Positions 45,931-57,403 are shown, numbered from the stretch's first letter. The stretch is 64,000 bases of DNA from Candidatus Marinacidobacterales bacterium (GCA_965237955.1 OZ250169.1:6400001-6464000), one strand, 5' to 3'. Numbers and translations: made by a program. The notes: generated by a model not told the origin, from the letters alone.

Positions 45931-46090
45931 GCTGCATAGGCCGCCCAGACCTGTTCTGGCTCGCCGAATTTCCAAGGGTTAAACCACGCCGTGGCGAAGC
46001 GTGGAAGGGCAGCAGATCCTCTCTTTCTCTCGAGCTCGGTAGCGGTCATGTTCATAAATGACGTCTTGCCACGCCCCAGCGAGCAGGGAT
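45931..46090 (-). pseudogene. KAP-family P-loop NTPase fragment
   Basis: GRGKTSFMNM and WFNPWKF motifs. Confidence 0.6.
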
Positions 46091-46242
46091 CGCGAGAGCC
46101 AACGGAGGTTCCGTGTCTCTGGATCTGAGGAGTCTCCTTTTTTTCGAGCCGGAAAGGTTGGAATTCTACGCCGTGGCGTCGGGGGTTCAAATAGCCCCAG
46201 TGAAAAAAGGGAACAGGTCCTTTTTTGCGAGCAAAAGCGGTC

Positions 46243-46599
46243 TCACGACAGTGGTTGAGCAAATGACAGCTCATGACCATCGGGATCGTGCAGATGGAAG
46301 TATCGTTCGCCCCAGGGCGCATCTCTTGGCTTCTGCGGGTTGAACCCTTTTTCCTCGAGGTAAGCCCACAACTCATCAACATCCTTCACGTGGAATATGA
46401 TCCTTCCCCAGTCCGTAGTATGACTACCCTGCTCTAGGTTGAGGATGGACAGGTTCCCGCCTTTCGTCCGGAGAGAGGAAAAATAGGCATTCTCTCCACC
46501 ATGAAAAATCTCCAGGCCGAGTATCTGGTTATAAAACCGCACAGACCGCGACATATCGCTTACTCGGATGGTAATGGCGGAGATTCTTTGTACCTTCAT
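46243..46599 (-). CDS. VOC/glyoxalase-family protein
   Basis: VSDMSRSVRFY, PWGERYFHLHDPDGHELSF. Confidence 0.9.
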   Translation of the reverse strand: MKVQRISAITIRVSDMSRSVRFYNQILGLEIFHGGENAYFSSLRTKGGNLSILNLEQGSHTTDWGRIIFHVKDVDELWAYLEEKGFNPQKPRDAPWGERYFHLHDPDGHELSFAQPLS

Positions 46600-48272
46600 C
46601 CCTTGTCCCTCCTCCCACGGGGTTCTATGAGTCTCCTGCTCGCGGCCCTGAGATCTTAGCTGAGTTGCAGCGAACTTCGCCGGCTAGATGGTGGATAGGG
46701 TTGAGCCAACGGACTAGCGGCGACCCGATCTCTTCGCCGAACTCGCCATGTCCTGCATGAGCTGAAGGTAATCTTGGCGACACGTACCGCCCAGAGTTCT
46801 CCTGGCCTGCAGCAGTCGGGTCTCCCGGGAGTTGCCGGGCCTATCCTCTGTCGCTCGTCTGGAAGGAAGAGACGACAAACCCAGGCGCTCCCGCCCGACT
46901 GGCTGCGAGCTGTTACCCCAGTGTTACCCCAACGGGCAGGAACCGCCCGGCGAACCCGTCCACGTTGACTCCCACCCTGCCGGGCATAACCTCCTGGGCG
47001 ACCCGGACCATCCGCTCAAGATACTTATCGTCAGTAGTTTGCGGGTCAAATCGGGCCATCGCCGCCGGTAGTTTGGTGGCCCTCGTTCGGCTCCCATCTG
47101 GGGTCCCATCGCCGCGGATGAAGTGATCGATGACGACGCCGTCGGCTACCTGGGCGATCCGCTCGAAGAACCCACGGGGCTCGGAAATCGGAAGAAGCGG
47201 GGACACCGTGATGAGCACGCGGAGCTCAGAAGCCTGCAGGGCGGCCGCGGCCCTCAAACCTTTTCTCCACCGAGCTCGCCGGTGGTGGCAAGCCAGGCAG
47301 GCGATCCCGATCGCTTTCGATGGAAATGTGAAACCGAAGCTCGCACCGCCGAGCCAACTGTAGGTAGAGGTCGCTGTAGGCGTTAACCAGGTGGGTGTGC
47401 GTTTGGACAATGAGGACGTCCGGCGGCGACTCACTCATTGCCTCCAGAAGGCGCCCGGTGATCCCGAAAGTTTTCTCCTGGGGCACGAAGGGATCGGTGG
47501 AGCTCGAGAGGAAGATACTGAAACCGCCACCCCTCTGTGCCAACCTCCTTGAGACACTTCGCCCCTTGAAATTAGTGTAGAGGGCGGAGGAGGATCATGA
47601 ATGACTACGTTGATTGAGAGAATGACCCCGGCGGGATCGGAAGGAGCCCGTAGGGCGACTGCAGATCGCGCCGGCCGCGATGCGGCAGGGGTCCCGGATC
47701 CCGAAGTGAGTGAGCAAGCGAAGCGTCGACGCTTTACCGCAGAGTACAAGCTGCGGATAGTGCGCGAGGCCGATGCTTGCAAGGGTGACGGGGATGTTGC
47801 GGCTCTTCTGCGTCGAGAGGGACTGTACTCGTCGCATCTTTCGAGTTGGCGTCGCCAACGTGACAAGATTGCCAAGGCGGGGTTGACATCGAGGAAGCGA
47901 GGACGGAAGGCGAAGGCAGAGGATCCACGGGTCAAGGAGCTCGAGCGCGAGAACGCGCGATTGAAGCATCGCCTGGCTCGGGTGGAGACGATGCTAGAGA
48001 TCCAAAAAAAAACCTCCGAACTTCTGGGGATCCCCCTGAATCCACCAGACAGCGACGAGAACGATTGATGGTGGCGGCCGAGGAGCTGGCGGGACGAATT
48101 GGACAGACGGCGGAAGCCTGCGAGGCCCTTGGAATAGCTCGCTCCACGTTGTATCGCAGGCGCCAGACGGTGACGTCCAATGCGAAACGCCGGGTAGTGC
48201 ATCAGTTTGATTATTTTAGACCTTGATTTCTGGCCCGCACTCTGGCAGCGTTTGCCACCTGGAGGTGAAAGC

Positions 48273-48509
48273 ATGCCACGAGGACCGCAGAAACAGTGGA
48301 GACCCGCCGGGACCGCCGAGTGTGCCGTCCACGTCATGAGGATCGCGACAGGCGAGCTCGACGAAACGTTTGAGCCGCCCAGCGGGGATGCTGACCCGGA
48401 CGCCAGCGAGCGTGCATCGGTGGCAGCCAAGGCCCGCGCCGCGAGCCTGACGCAGGAGAGGCGCTCCGAGATCGCCAGAAACGCCGCCCGCGCTCGCTGG
48501 AAAGAGTGA
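48273..48509 (+). CDS. Small basic helical protein of the type found beside IS1/IS1595 transposases
   Basis: RBS ggaggtg; AVHVMRIATGE, KARAASLTQERRSEIARNAARARW. Confidence 0.75.
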   Translation: MPRGPQKQWRPAGTAECAVHVMRIATGELDETFEPPSGDADPDASERASVAAKARAASLTQERRSEIARNAARARWKE

Positions 48510-48564
48510 GCCCTTGCGCCAGTGAGCCGTCGCGAGTTAGTATCCAGGAGGGGGTACTCCATGT

Positions 48565-48831
48565 CTACTTCCGAGACTGCTGTTTCAGAAGACGCTCAAT
48601 CCGACTCAGAGCTGCAAGGACAGGATCTGATTGACGAAGCTCTGGTGGAAGTGCGAAATCTGATAAAATATCTCCTGCAAAACGCAGGTACTGCTTCCGA
48701 TCAAAATCGAAGCGATGCGTCCTAGACTCTTCTCTCTCGTTCTCGAGCCTTTGCTCAACAACGATTACGAACTGCTTTGTGTTGTCCGGTCTGTCAACTA
48801 GTGAAGCTTTCTCTACGGTCCATCCTTGCAT
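48565..48831 (-). CDS. Hypothetical passenger protein (88 aa)
   Basis: ORF with RBS-like agagga; no recognised motif. Confidence 0.45.
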   Translation of the reverse strand: MQGWTVEKASLVDRPDNTKQFVIVVEQRLENEREESRTHRFDFDRKQYLRFAGDILSDFALPPELRQSDPVLAALSRIERLLKQQSRK

Positions 48832-48937
48832 GATCCATCCTCTTTTTCTAAGCGAACTTCTTCCTTTTCCTTCTTATCGACGGCCCAAGTGTGGCTACAG
48901 TTTGAGCGCTTCAAAACTGTTCTTGTTGCCGATGGTT

Positions 48938-49240
48938 TCAGCCAAACGTGCGCGACAAATAGATCAAAATGACGGTGGCCCAAGACAACGCTGTTCCTAT
49001 CCATGCCTCCTTGACTTGACGAGCCTTATAACGCTTTACGTAGGTCCGTTCCAGGAGCGCAAGATCAGTGGTGCCAACGCCTTCTTCCGATAGCGACTCC
49101 AACATTGAGTCTGACATCTTGGGAGTTCTGAGATAGACAGCAGGAATCGCGATCGGCCAAACAATCCACGCAAACAATCCCCACGGCCTCGTCCATTCTC
49201 CATCGGCTGCTTTCCTGATCTTCAACAAATTTGCTGTCAT
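48938..49240 (-). CDS. Hypothetical two-TM passenger protein
   Basis: Two hydrophobic segments; start uncertain. Confidence 0.4.
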   Translation of the reverse strand: MTANLLKIRKAADGEWTRPWGLFAWIVWPIAIPAVYLRTPKMSDSMLESLSEEGVGTTDLALLERTYVKRYKARQVKEAWIGTALSWATVILIYLSRTFG

Positions 49241-49532
49241 CGGCGACTACCTTTCTCCGAAGGATGCCCGATGGCCTCTATTGGTCGCCGGGCCAGTCGC
49301 CAAACAAACCGCAGGTTGCTTGCGGGATCCCGCCTATTCCCACCCCTTGGAGGAGGTCTTGTATTCAGCGAGTGCCCCGACGGCAGGTCACCCACGGTTT
49401 GTTTGGCTGGCGGGAGATTACATTAACTTGCGCGCGCGTGTCCAGACAATTTCGTGCTACACTCCAACAACATTTGCGCTAGCAAGTCTCAGGCCGAATC
49501 AGCGACCCATGGTTTCAAGAAAGGGTAGAAAA

Positions 49533-49697
49533 ATGGCAAGAAAATCGCCGTGGCATTCAGCCGACAGTGATGTATATCACGTTTGTAGCAATTGCACGGA
49601 AGGAGACAATATCCAGCCAGAAAACGAGATTTCTGGAAAGGGCGGTAAACGCCTTTGCTTTCGTTGTCAGGAATTAATCGACAGCAACGGCTGCTAG
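49533..49697 (+). CDS. Small Cys/His-rich putative zinc-binding protein (54 aa)
   Basis: VYHVCSNCTEG...RLCFRC. Confidence 0.65.
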   Translation: MARKSPWHSADSDVYHVCSNCTEGDNIQPENEISGKGGKRLCFRCQELIDSNGC

Positions 49698-50027
49698 AAC
49701 TGGCACGCCATCAGTATGCGGGCCCTTTTTGTGGAAGGTCATTTCCCATTCAGGCCCCGTAAGCTCTCCGTCTACTACGGACCAGGTGCGCCGGAGTTTG
49801 GAGATCGGGAGCGGACCAAATGTCATAGCCACCCATACAGCTTTGTATCCTTCTTCATGCCCCCCAGAAAACCGAATCATCGGGACAGGAGAGGCGTGGC
49901 CTTCGCCGCCCTCGCAGGATTCGAATGTCTCGATCCCATGTTGTTGAAGCGTCTTGACAAATTGGGCAATCCCGGGATCGAGTATGCCGTCTCTCATACT
50001 GAGGATACTAGACCGCACAGTCCCCAA
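49674..50027 (-). CDS. Hypothetical passenger protein
   Basis: LDPGIAQFVKTLQQHGIETFESCEGGEGH resembles phage/MGE hypothetical proteins. Confidence 0.6.
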   Translation of the reverse strand: MGTVRSSILSMRDGILDPGIAQFVKTLQQHGIETFESCEGGEGHASPVPMIRFSGGHEEGYKAVWVAMTFGPLPISKLRRTWSVVDGELTGPEWEMTFHKKGPHTDGVPVLAAVAVD

Positions 50028-50151
50028 TAGGAAATGCTACCTTACTAAGTCTTTGTATCGCAAGCGCTTCCAGTTTAATCCCTCTAACCATGGCGGCCAC
50101 ATGGTCGATTGTGTCGGCCGGTTCGGCCTTCGGATTAGCGCGATAAAAGAG

Positions 50152-50180
50152 TTGACATTCATGCTTGCGGAATATATACT
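50152..50180 (+). promoter_or_regulatory. Near-consensus sigma70 promoter of the IS1-family transposase, probably leaderless
   Basis: TTGACA, 17 bp, TATACT; ATG 7 nt downstream. Confidence 0.75.
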
Positions 50181-50187
50181 TTTGATT

Positions 50188-51066
50188 ATGAATAAGATGA
50201 CGGTTCAGAAGCGAGCCACCATCCTCAAAATGTTGATGCACGGATCGTCCATACGGTCGATCGGCGAGATTACGGGCTCGTCCGCCAACACGATATCGAA
50301 ACTGTTGATCGAGGCCGGAAAGGCTTGCGCAGCCTATCACGACGCGACGGTCCGGAACGTGAGCTCGAGACGCGTTCAGGTCGATGAGATCTGGTCGTTC
50401 ACCTACGCGAAAGCGAAAAACGTAGCACGGGCGAAGGCCGCACCCGAGGGCGCGGGCGACACCTGGACGTGGACGGCGCTTGACGCTGACTCCAAGCTGA
50501 TCGTCTCCTGGCTCGTAGGTGGGCGCGATGCCGGTTACGCCGCCGAGTTCATGCAAGACCTGGCCGGTCGCCTGGCCAACCGCGTACAGCTCACCAGCGA
50601 CGGCCACCGGGTGTACCTGAACGCTGTCGAGGATGCGTTCGGTTCGGATATCGATTACGGAATGTTGATCAAAAACTACGGAGACGCGCCGGAAGGTCAG
50701 AGGCGGTACAGCCCGGCCGTCTGCACCGGAGCGACACGGATGCGCGTGAGCGGCGACCCCGACGAGGCCCACATCAGCACCAGCTACGTCGAGCGCCAGA
50801 ACCTCACGATGCGGATGAGCATGCGCCGGTACACGCGGCTGACGAACGCCTTCTCGAAGAAGCTGGCGAATCACGAGCATAACGTCGCGCTCTACACCGT
50901 GTGGTACAACTTCTGCCGTATCCACCGGAGCCTTCGTGTGACGCCAGCGATGGAAGCCGGACTGGCCGACACTCCCTACGATGCTGAGTGGATCGTCGGG
51001 CTGGTGGACGAGGCAGCACCGAAGCCGCGTAAGCCTGGCCCGAAGGGGCCGCGCAGAAGGAAGTAA
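50188..51066 (+). CDS. IS1-family DDE transposase
   Basis: HTH, VQVDEIWSF, QLTSDG, STSYVERQNLTMR, TPAMEAG. Confidence 0.9.
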   Translation: MNKMTVQKRATILKMLMHGSSIRSIGEITGSSANTISKLLIEAGKACAAYHDATVRNVSSRRVQVDEIWSFTYAKAKNVARAKAAPEGAGDTWTWTALDADSKLIVSWLVGGRDAGYAAEFMQDLAGRLANRVQLTSDGHRVYLNAVEDAFGSDIDYGMLIKNYGDAPEGQRRYSPAVCTGATRMRVSGDPDEAHISTSYVERQNLTMRMSMRRYTRLTNAFSKKLANHEHNVALYTVWYNFCRIHRSLRVTPAMEAGLADTPYDAEWIVGLVDEAAPKPRKPGPKGPRRRK

Positions 51067-51100
51067 TCAAACTGATGCACTACCAAACGCCGCCCTCGGT

Positions 51101-54043
51101 TGCGTATTCCGGGGCATCGTGAACGCAGATTCCAGCCGAAGGTGAACATCCATTCCAAAGCATCGTGAACACGGATTCCGGGGATCGTGAACATCGATTC
51201 CGGGGAAGGTGAACACGGATTCCAGGCAACGTGAACGCCGGTTCCGGCATCGCGAACGCTCATCGATAGCACGTTTCAAGGCAACTCTAGGTCGTACCCG
51301 GAAGGAGGACGATCTAGGAAATGGCAGCTAAGAGGTTATCGATGAGAAAAATACGAGAGGTTCTAAGGTTAAAGTACGAGCTGGGTTTTACTCACCGCAT
51401 GATCGCAAAGGCACTTCGCGTGGCGGTTGGAACGGTGAGTGAGTACCTGGCCAAGGCGAAGAAGGGTGGTCTGAGCTGGCCGCTCCCGGAGGAGCTGAGC
51501 GACGGGGAGCTGGAGGCAGGGCTGTTTCCGCCGCCGGGCTCGTCTGGCGCACGGCCGGGTCTGGACTATGCCCACATCCACGAGGAGCTGAGGCGTCACC
51601 GAGAGCTGACGTTGCTGCAGCTGTGGGTGGAGTACGCGGAGAATAAGCCGGGAGCGTACGGCTACAGCCGTTATTGCGAGCTGTACGGTCAGTGGAAGAA
51701 GAAGCTGAACCCGACGATGCGTCAACGGCATCGAGCAGGCGAGAAGACATTCGTCGATTTTTCGGGGAAGAAGCCTCACATCGTCGATCCGAAAACGGGA
51801 GAGCTCGTCGAAATGGAGCTGTTCGTCGGGACGTTGGGCGCGAGCAGTTACACCTACGTCGAAGCGACACTGAACCAGTCGCTGGAATCGTGGGCGAAGG
51901 CCCATAAGGGGATGTCGGATTACTTCGGTGGCAGTACGGAGATCTGGGTTCCGGACAACTTGAAGAGCGGCGTGGATTTGGTGGACCGTTACGAGCCAGG
52001 GATCAACCGGACGTACGAAGAGCTGGCGACGCATTACGGTGCGGTTGTGGTCCCGGCTCGGGTGTTCAAGCCGAAAGACAAAGCGAAGGTGGAGTCGGCA
52101 GTGCAGGTGGCGCAGCGCTGGATCCTGGCGGTGCTTCGTCATCGCACGTTCTTCAGCCTGGCGGAACTGAACGAAGCCATCTGGGAGAAGTTAGAGGTCC
52201 TGAATGCGCGTCCGATGCAGAAGCTCGGTGTGAGTCGGCGGGAGTTGTACGAAAGGCTAGACCGGCCCGTACTGAAACCGCTACCGCAGGAGAGCTACGA
52301 GTTATCGACGTGGAAGCGGTGCAGAGTGAACATCGACTACCACGTGGAGGTGGAGAACAACTTGTACAGCGTTCCCTATCAGCTCATTCACGAGAAAGTC
52401 GAGGCACGGGTGACGGCCTCGGTGGTGGAGGTCCTGTTCAAGGGAAAGCGCGTCGCGTCGCATCCCCGCAAGAAAGGAAAGGGGCACTACTCCACGAACC
52501 CGGAGCATATGCCACGTTCGCATCGGGAGCACCTGGAGTGGACGCCGTCGCGGCTGCTCCACTGGGCGGAGCAGTCAGGTCGCGCCACGGGAAGGCTGGT
52601 TGCGGGGATTCTAGAGAGTCGGCCTCACCCGGAGCAGGGATTTCGCTCTTGCCTGGGAGTCATGCGACTAGGCAGCCGCTGGGGCAGTGAGCGTCTCGAG
52701 GCCGCTTGCGCACGAGCGGAAGCTTTGAGCTCTTACAGCTATCGCACGGTGAAAAACATTCTCTCGGCTGGTCTGGATCGTGTGGTGCTCGAATCGGACG
52801 CCGAAGCGAAACCGCGAGAGGAGCACGAGAACATCCGAGGCGCGGATCACTACGAAGGAGGAGAGTCCCGATGCTGACACCCGAAACGATAGAAAAGATG
52901 AACGCCATGAAGTTGTTCGGCTTGGTGTCCGCGTTCGAAACCCAGTTGAGCTCGAGCGAATACAAGGAGCTGAGCTTCGAGGAACGTGTGGGACTCCTGG
53001 TCGATGCCGAGTGGACCGCCCGCGAACAGCGTAAGCTTTCTCGACGACTGCGAGCGGCAAAGCTCCGCTATCCGGCATGTTTGGAGAACGTGAACTTCCA
53101 AGCGCCTCGAGGCTTAAACCGCGAACAGATCTTGAGCCTGGGCAACTGCCGCTTTGTCGGTGAGCGCCATAACCTGCTCATCACCGGCCCGACGGGGATT
53201 GGCAAATCGTTCTTGGCTTGCGCCTTCGTGGAGCGGGCCTGTCGTCGCGGCTTCACCGGATGCTACGTGCGAGCACCGCGCTTGCTCCACGAGCTCGCGG
53301 TCGCTCGTGGTGATGGTTCCTACGCCCGGCTTTTGACGAAACTCGCCAAGCTGGACTTACTGGCTATCGATGATTGGCTGCTTCACCCGCTGAAAGAATC
53401 GGAGAGACGGGATCTAATGGAGGTCATCGAAGACCGCGCCGAGCGTGGCTCCACACTCATCGCGACCCAGATTCCGCTCAAGCAGTGGCACGAAGCGATT
53501 GGCGACCCAAACCAGGCAGACGCTATCTGCGATCGCATTCTCCACAGCGCGCACCGCATCACTCTCAAAGGAGCTTCTCTGAGAAAGACCAAGGCTGCGC
53601 CAAAGGCATTTGACAACGCCGATGCATGAGCGAGCGAGGGACCACAGCGTCGATGCGATAAAAACGGGTGAAACCGCCAAACCCGGGGTACCAGACGATG
53701 CGGCGCCAAAACGACGCGCGAGAATGCCTCAGGAAGCGTCTTCTCGAGCCAGGCCATACCCCAGCAACCCCCCGAAACCAGCCCCACATCGCCCGGGGTT
53801 CGGCCGCGGCAGGTCGCTGCCTACGGGAGCGGGAAGGTCGCTTCGCGTCTTTCCTTACGCCCGCTCCCTCCGGCACCGACCTGCCGCCCCTTGCTACACA
53901 ACACGCAGGTAAGATAGGTTCACGTTTTCAATCAGTGGGAAGGAGGTCACCCAACACTTCATCGCTTCGATGAGCGTTCGGCTTCACCGGATTCGCTGTT
54001 CAGCTTGCTCTGGATTCGGCGTTCACGATGGCTGGAATACGCA
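51101..54043 (+). mobile_element. istB: IS21-family element, copy 2, intact: istA 51321-52877, istB 52871-53629
   Basis: IstA identical to copy 1; LLAIDDW Walker B; flanks ctcggt/gtcggt. Confidence 0.96.
51119..51250 (+). repeat. IS21 left-end array of six 22-bp transposase-binding repeats
   Basis: gtgaac(a/g)...att cc units at a 22-bp period. Confidence 0.85.
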
Positions 54044-55489
54044 GTCGGTCGCACCGAGCCCTCGATGTGACCGAACGTGAGCTGGTTCTCGGTGCCTTGC
54101 ACTCCGAGCGGTTCGTCGACAAGGCGCCCGCTCAGGTGTGGGCCACGCTCCTGGACGAGGGAATCTACTACTGCTCGATCCGCACGATGTATCGGATTCT
54201 GGCGGAGAACGGAGAGGTCCGAGAGCGCCGGAACCAGCTGCGACATCCGAATTATCAAAAGCCGGAGCTGCTGGCCGAAGCGCCGAACCAGGTTTGGTCG
54301 TGGGATATCACCAAGCTGCGTGGCCCCGTCAAGTGGACCTACTACTACCTCTACGTGATTCTGGACATCTTCTCCCGTTACGTGACCGGGTGGATGTTGG
54401 CTCGACGAGAAAGCGCTGAGCTCGCTCGTCGTCTCATCAGCGAGAGCTGCCGCAAACAGAACATCGAACCAGACCAGCTCACCATCCACGCCGACCGTGG
54501 CAGCTCGATGCGAAGCAAGTCCGTAGCTATGCTCCTGGCTGACCTCGGCGTTACCAAGACCCACTCCAGACCTTACGTCTCGAACGATAACCCCTACTCC
54601 GAGTCCCAGTTCAAGACTCTGAAGTATTGCCCTCAGTTTCCGAGCCGTTTTGGTTCCATCGAAGACGGCCGGCTGTTCTGCGGCGGCTTCCTCGACTACT
54701 ACAATCACGAACGCCGGCACTCGGGAATCGGCCTCATGACACCGGCCGCCGTTCACGATGGTCTCGCGGAACAGCTCACCACTGCCCGGCGCCAAATCCT
54801 CCTCGAAGCTCATCGGGCTCATCCCGAACGCTTCGTTCGCGGAATGCCACAGCCCCCCGTTTTGCCTCCTCAGGCCTGGATCAACCCGCCGCCGGAGAAA
54901 ACGACGCGCCAGGAGGCCGCCGGAGCCACTTTCTCGAGGTGGTCCACACCTGGGGCCCCCGGATTCAGGCCAACGCGACCAGATCTCGCCGCACGCAGAC
55001 GGTGACCGCCCCGGGCCCACGAGTCTTACTGCATTGATTGAGGCTCACTAAATGCAGTCCGCGGGTGTCTCAAAGTTGTTGACACGTTCCGCACGCGCCC
55101 GCCGCGCCCACCGCCGCTCCGTCTGATACTGACTCCGATAGGCCTCGGGCGCGTTCGTCCGGACCTCGAGGAAGCTCCCCCACTCCGCGCCGCGCGTCAA
55201 CCAGTGGTTATGCTGCACATAGCAGCCCACACCGCAGAGCGAGTTTCCGAAAGTGCACCCTCGGTAGGGCTGCATCGAGTGGGACGTGACGGTCTTCAGA
55301 TATCCAGAGGTGCGGGTAAGAATGCTGCGCACTCTGGACTTTGTGATGGTGACGCGCATGCTGAATATGTCCTTTGAGAAATTGTCGCTTGCCCGATCGA
55401 CGAGTGCAATCCCTAGTCGGCGCTCAACGACCGAGCCTGGCTTCCAGCCACGGGAGTATCTTACCGGGGTAGAGGACTCAACCTCTCCG

Positions 55490-55690
55490 TCGGTGAGTGT
55501 CGTTCCCAAAAGTCCTCGAAGCGCCCACTCAGGCGAGAGCATCGAAGTGCGAGAATGGCGTTGGCTCCGGATAGGCTCCAATGCATTCCGGAGCCTTTGA
55601 ACCGGGAGGCGACGACGAGCTTGCCACCGGATTCGACAACGGCAGAAGAGGTGCACAAGTGCTTCGCCTCAAATTCCGGATAGCACAACC
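55490..55690 (-). mobile_element. ISKra4-family transposase C-terminal remnant
   Basis: SSAVVESGGKLVVASRFKGSGMHWSLSGANAILALR. Confidence 0.7.
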
Positions 55691-56061
55691 GATGCCGGTT
55701 GGTGCGGATATAGCCGATGCACTGACGTGCCTCCTCGCAGTGCTCGCGATGGCGACGTAGGGCACGTAGAAGGGCGTCAATGCGTCCGTCATCGAGTTCG
55801 TCACGACGTCGCTTTGCCCAGTTCTTGGCGAGGTCGTTTTGTGCGCCAAAAACCCGTTCCGCGAATGGGGATGGTGTTTCATCGGTGTCTCGATTGGCGG
55901 CCGATTCGATGGCGGCAGAATAACTGATGGAGCCAGGGTCACGGATCGGATGGCCTTCTTCATCGTGAGATTCGGCCTCCAGATGGTGCAGAGTTTGGCC
56001 TCTCGCGTTTTGGCCGAGCCGTCGGGCTGTTTTCCTCGGTTACCGGCCCCCTTGAAGTCCT

Positions 56062-56185
56062 CAACTTGACAATACTAACCGGATGGCTAAGCTGGGCAAG
56101 CCTGAATCCCAAGCGATCGTCGGGGAGTAAGTTGGGCCGCCAAAAGGTTCCGTGCGTGTCCCGAACTGATTCATGCACCAACGCC
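56062..56185 (+). mobile_element. IS6-type end abutting the right end of the IS5 element seen at 641-747
   Basis: caacttgacaatac followed by ~105 bp nearly identical to 641-747. Confidence 0.8.
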
Positions 56186-56305
56186 ACGCCGAGCTGCTGC
56201 AGAAGCGTTCTGAAGCTCCGCCCGGGCGCGATTGCCCCCACGCGTTTGGCTGAGTTAACCTCCTCGTCCCGACAGCGTCGCGCGAACCGAACATAGGAGG
56301 GAGCT

Positions 56306-57094
56306 ATGGAGGGGAGAGCCACCAACTTTCTACAGGTCGTCGAGCGCCAGTGCAGGCGCTGGGAGCTTCAGCAAGCAGAGCGACGCGCGCGGGCACCGGT
56401 GCACTGGCCCGTCATCACCGTCTCGCGGGAGTTCGGAGCCCGGGGAGAGGCCCTGGCACGATTGGTGGCGCTGCGAACCGGCTTTTCCTTCTGGGATGTC
56501 GAGCTCATCCACGCTCTCGCGGCGGAGTCGGGCGCGAGCGAGGCGATCCTGCGATCGCTCGACGAGCATCGTCGGAACGCGCTGGAAGACTCCATCGAAG
56601 GCGCCCTCATGGGCGGCCAGTACATGAACAGCGAGTTCGTTCGAGGCTTGATGAGGCTCATTCACACGATCGCCAGCCACGGGGCAGGCATCATCGTGGG
56701 CCGCGGAGCGCAGTATGTCTTGGCGGCGGAGCCGGCACTACGGGTTCGTGTCGTGTGTCCGCTCGGAGAGCGTATCCGCGGTTACGCCAGCCGCCGTGGT
56801 CTCGATGAGCGTCGCGCCCGCCGGGAAGTGGAGCGCAAAGATCAGGAGCGTCGCTCCTTCGTCCGACAGTATTTCTCCCGCGACGTTGCCGATCCTTCCG
56901 GCTACGACGTCATTGTCAATACCGGGACGCTTGCGCTCAAGCGGGCTCGGGACGTGATCTTGCACGTCTACGAAGCCAAGTTCAATCGCCAGCCGCCGTT
57001 AGCGACCGAGGAGGAGACAGACGGTCTGATCCGCGAGCTACCGCCGGCCGCCCGCAGTTCGCAGGGGCGCACTTCACGCCGCGCGCCACGATGA
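56306..57094 (+). CDS. Cytidylate-kinase-like family protein
   Basis: VITVSREFGARG, IIVGRGAQYVL, YDVIVNT; RBS aggagg. Confidence 0.85.
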   Translation: MEGRATNFLQVVERQCRRWELQQAERRARAPVHWPVITVSREFGARGEALARLVALRTGFSFWDVELIHALAAESGASEAILRSLDEHRRNALEDSIEGALMGGQYMNSEFVRGLMRLIHTIASHGAGIIVGRGAQYVLAAEPALRVRVVCPLGERIRGYASRRGLDERRARREVERKDQERRSFVRQYFSRDVADPSGYDVIVNTGTLALKRARDVILHVYEAKFNRQPPLATEEETDGLIRELPPAARSSQGRTSRRAPR

Positions 57095-57403
57095 CCACAG
57101 CCACTTCCTTTCCACTCCCGCTCATCCAACCCAACCCCTCCAGTCGAATTCAGCGTTGCACATCCCGCCAAAAACCTTCTACCTCTGGAAAAACCCATTC
57201 GCGATCAGATCTGGTCCGCTCTTTATGTACCGCCCGACCCGCCGGAGCCCTACAACCGTTAGCGCAACAGATGCACGAAAATACGACTGGGGCGGACAGC
57301 GGAACGTCCCAGGCCCGGCAGTCTGTCGCGCAAAACAGGACACTGGGCGCACGCGACTCCTAATTACGACGTTTCTGCCTGGTCGCGGGATTGCACACGG
57401 ACA

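Larger units (their letters stand above)
48193..51084 (+). mobile_element. IS1-family element with passenger genes (2892 bp)
   Basis: Perfect 21-bp IR ggtagtgcatcagtttgatta; 8-bp target duplication aaacgccg. Confidence 0.92.
47536..55093 (+). mobile_element. IS3-family element (orfA 47601-48068; orfB split 48065-55005) hosting IS1- and IS21-family insertions
   Basis: RRRFTAEYK, WSWDITKL, HADRGSSM, NDNPYSES; ends ttgagacac / gtgtctcaa...ttgacacgttccgca. Confidence 0.88.
46913..55359 (-). pseudogene. SPL-like radical SAM protein split by a nested IS stack (segments 55359-55094 and 47535-46913)
   Basis: QPYRGCTFGNSLCGVGCY, SSSTDPF, IVQTH; the junction rejoins as RRARRGGGF; extra frameshift near 47275. 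Confidence 0.8.

Noticed and set aside
47435-48562. 375-aa ORF, and the 479-aa ORF at 40300-41739
   Set aside because: They cross IS boundaries antisense to transposases and are chimeric open frames
51101-51260. Periodic repeats resembling a CRISPR array (also at 45590-45700 and 63837-64000)
   Set aside because: 22-bp period with no unique spacers; located at IS21 termini; no cas genes
42807-54043. Composite transposon or inversion bounded by inverted IS21 copies
   Set aside because: Each copy has its own matching flanks, and copy 2 lies inside IS3, so they are independent insertions
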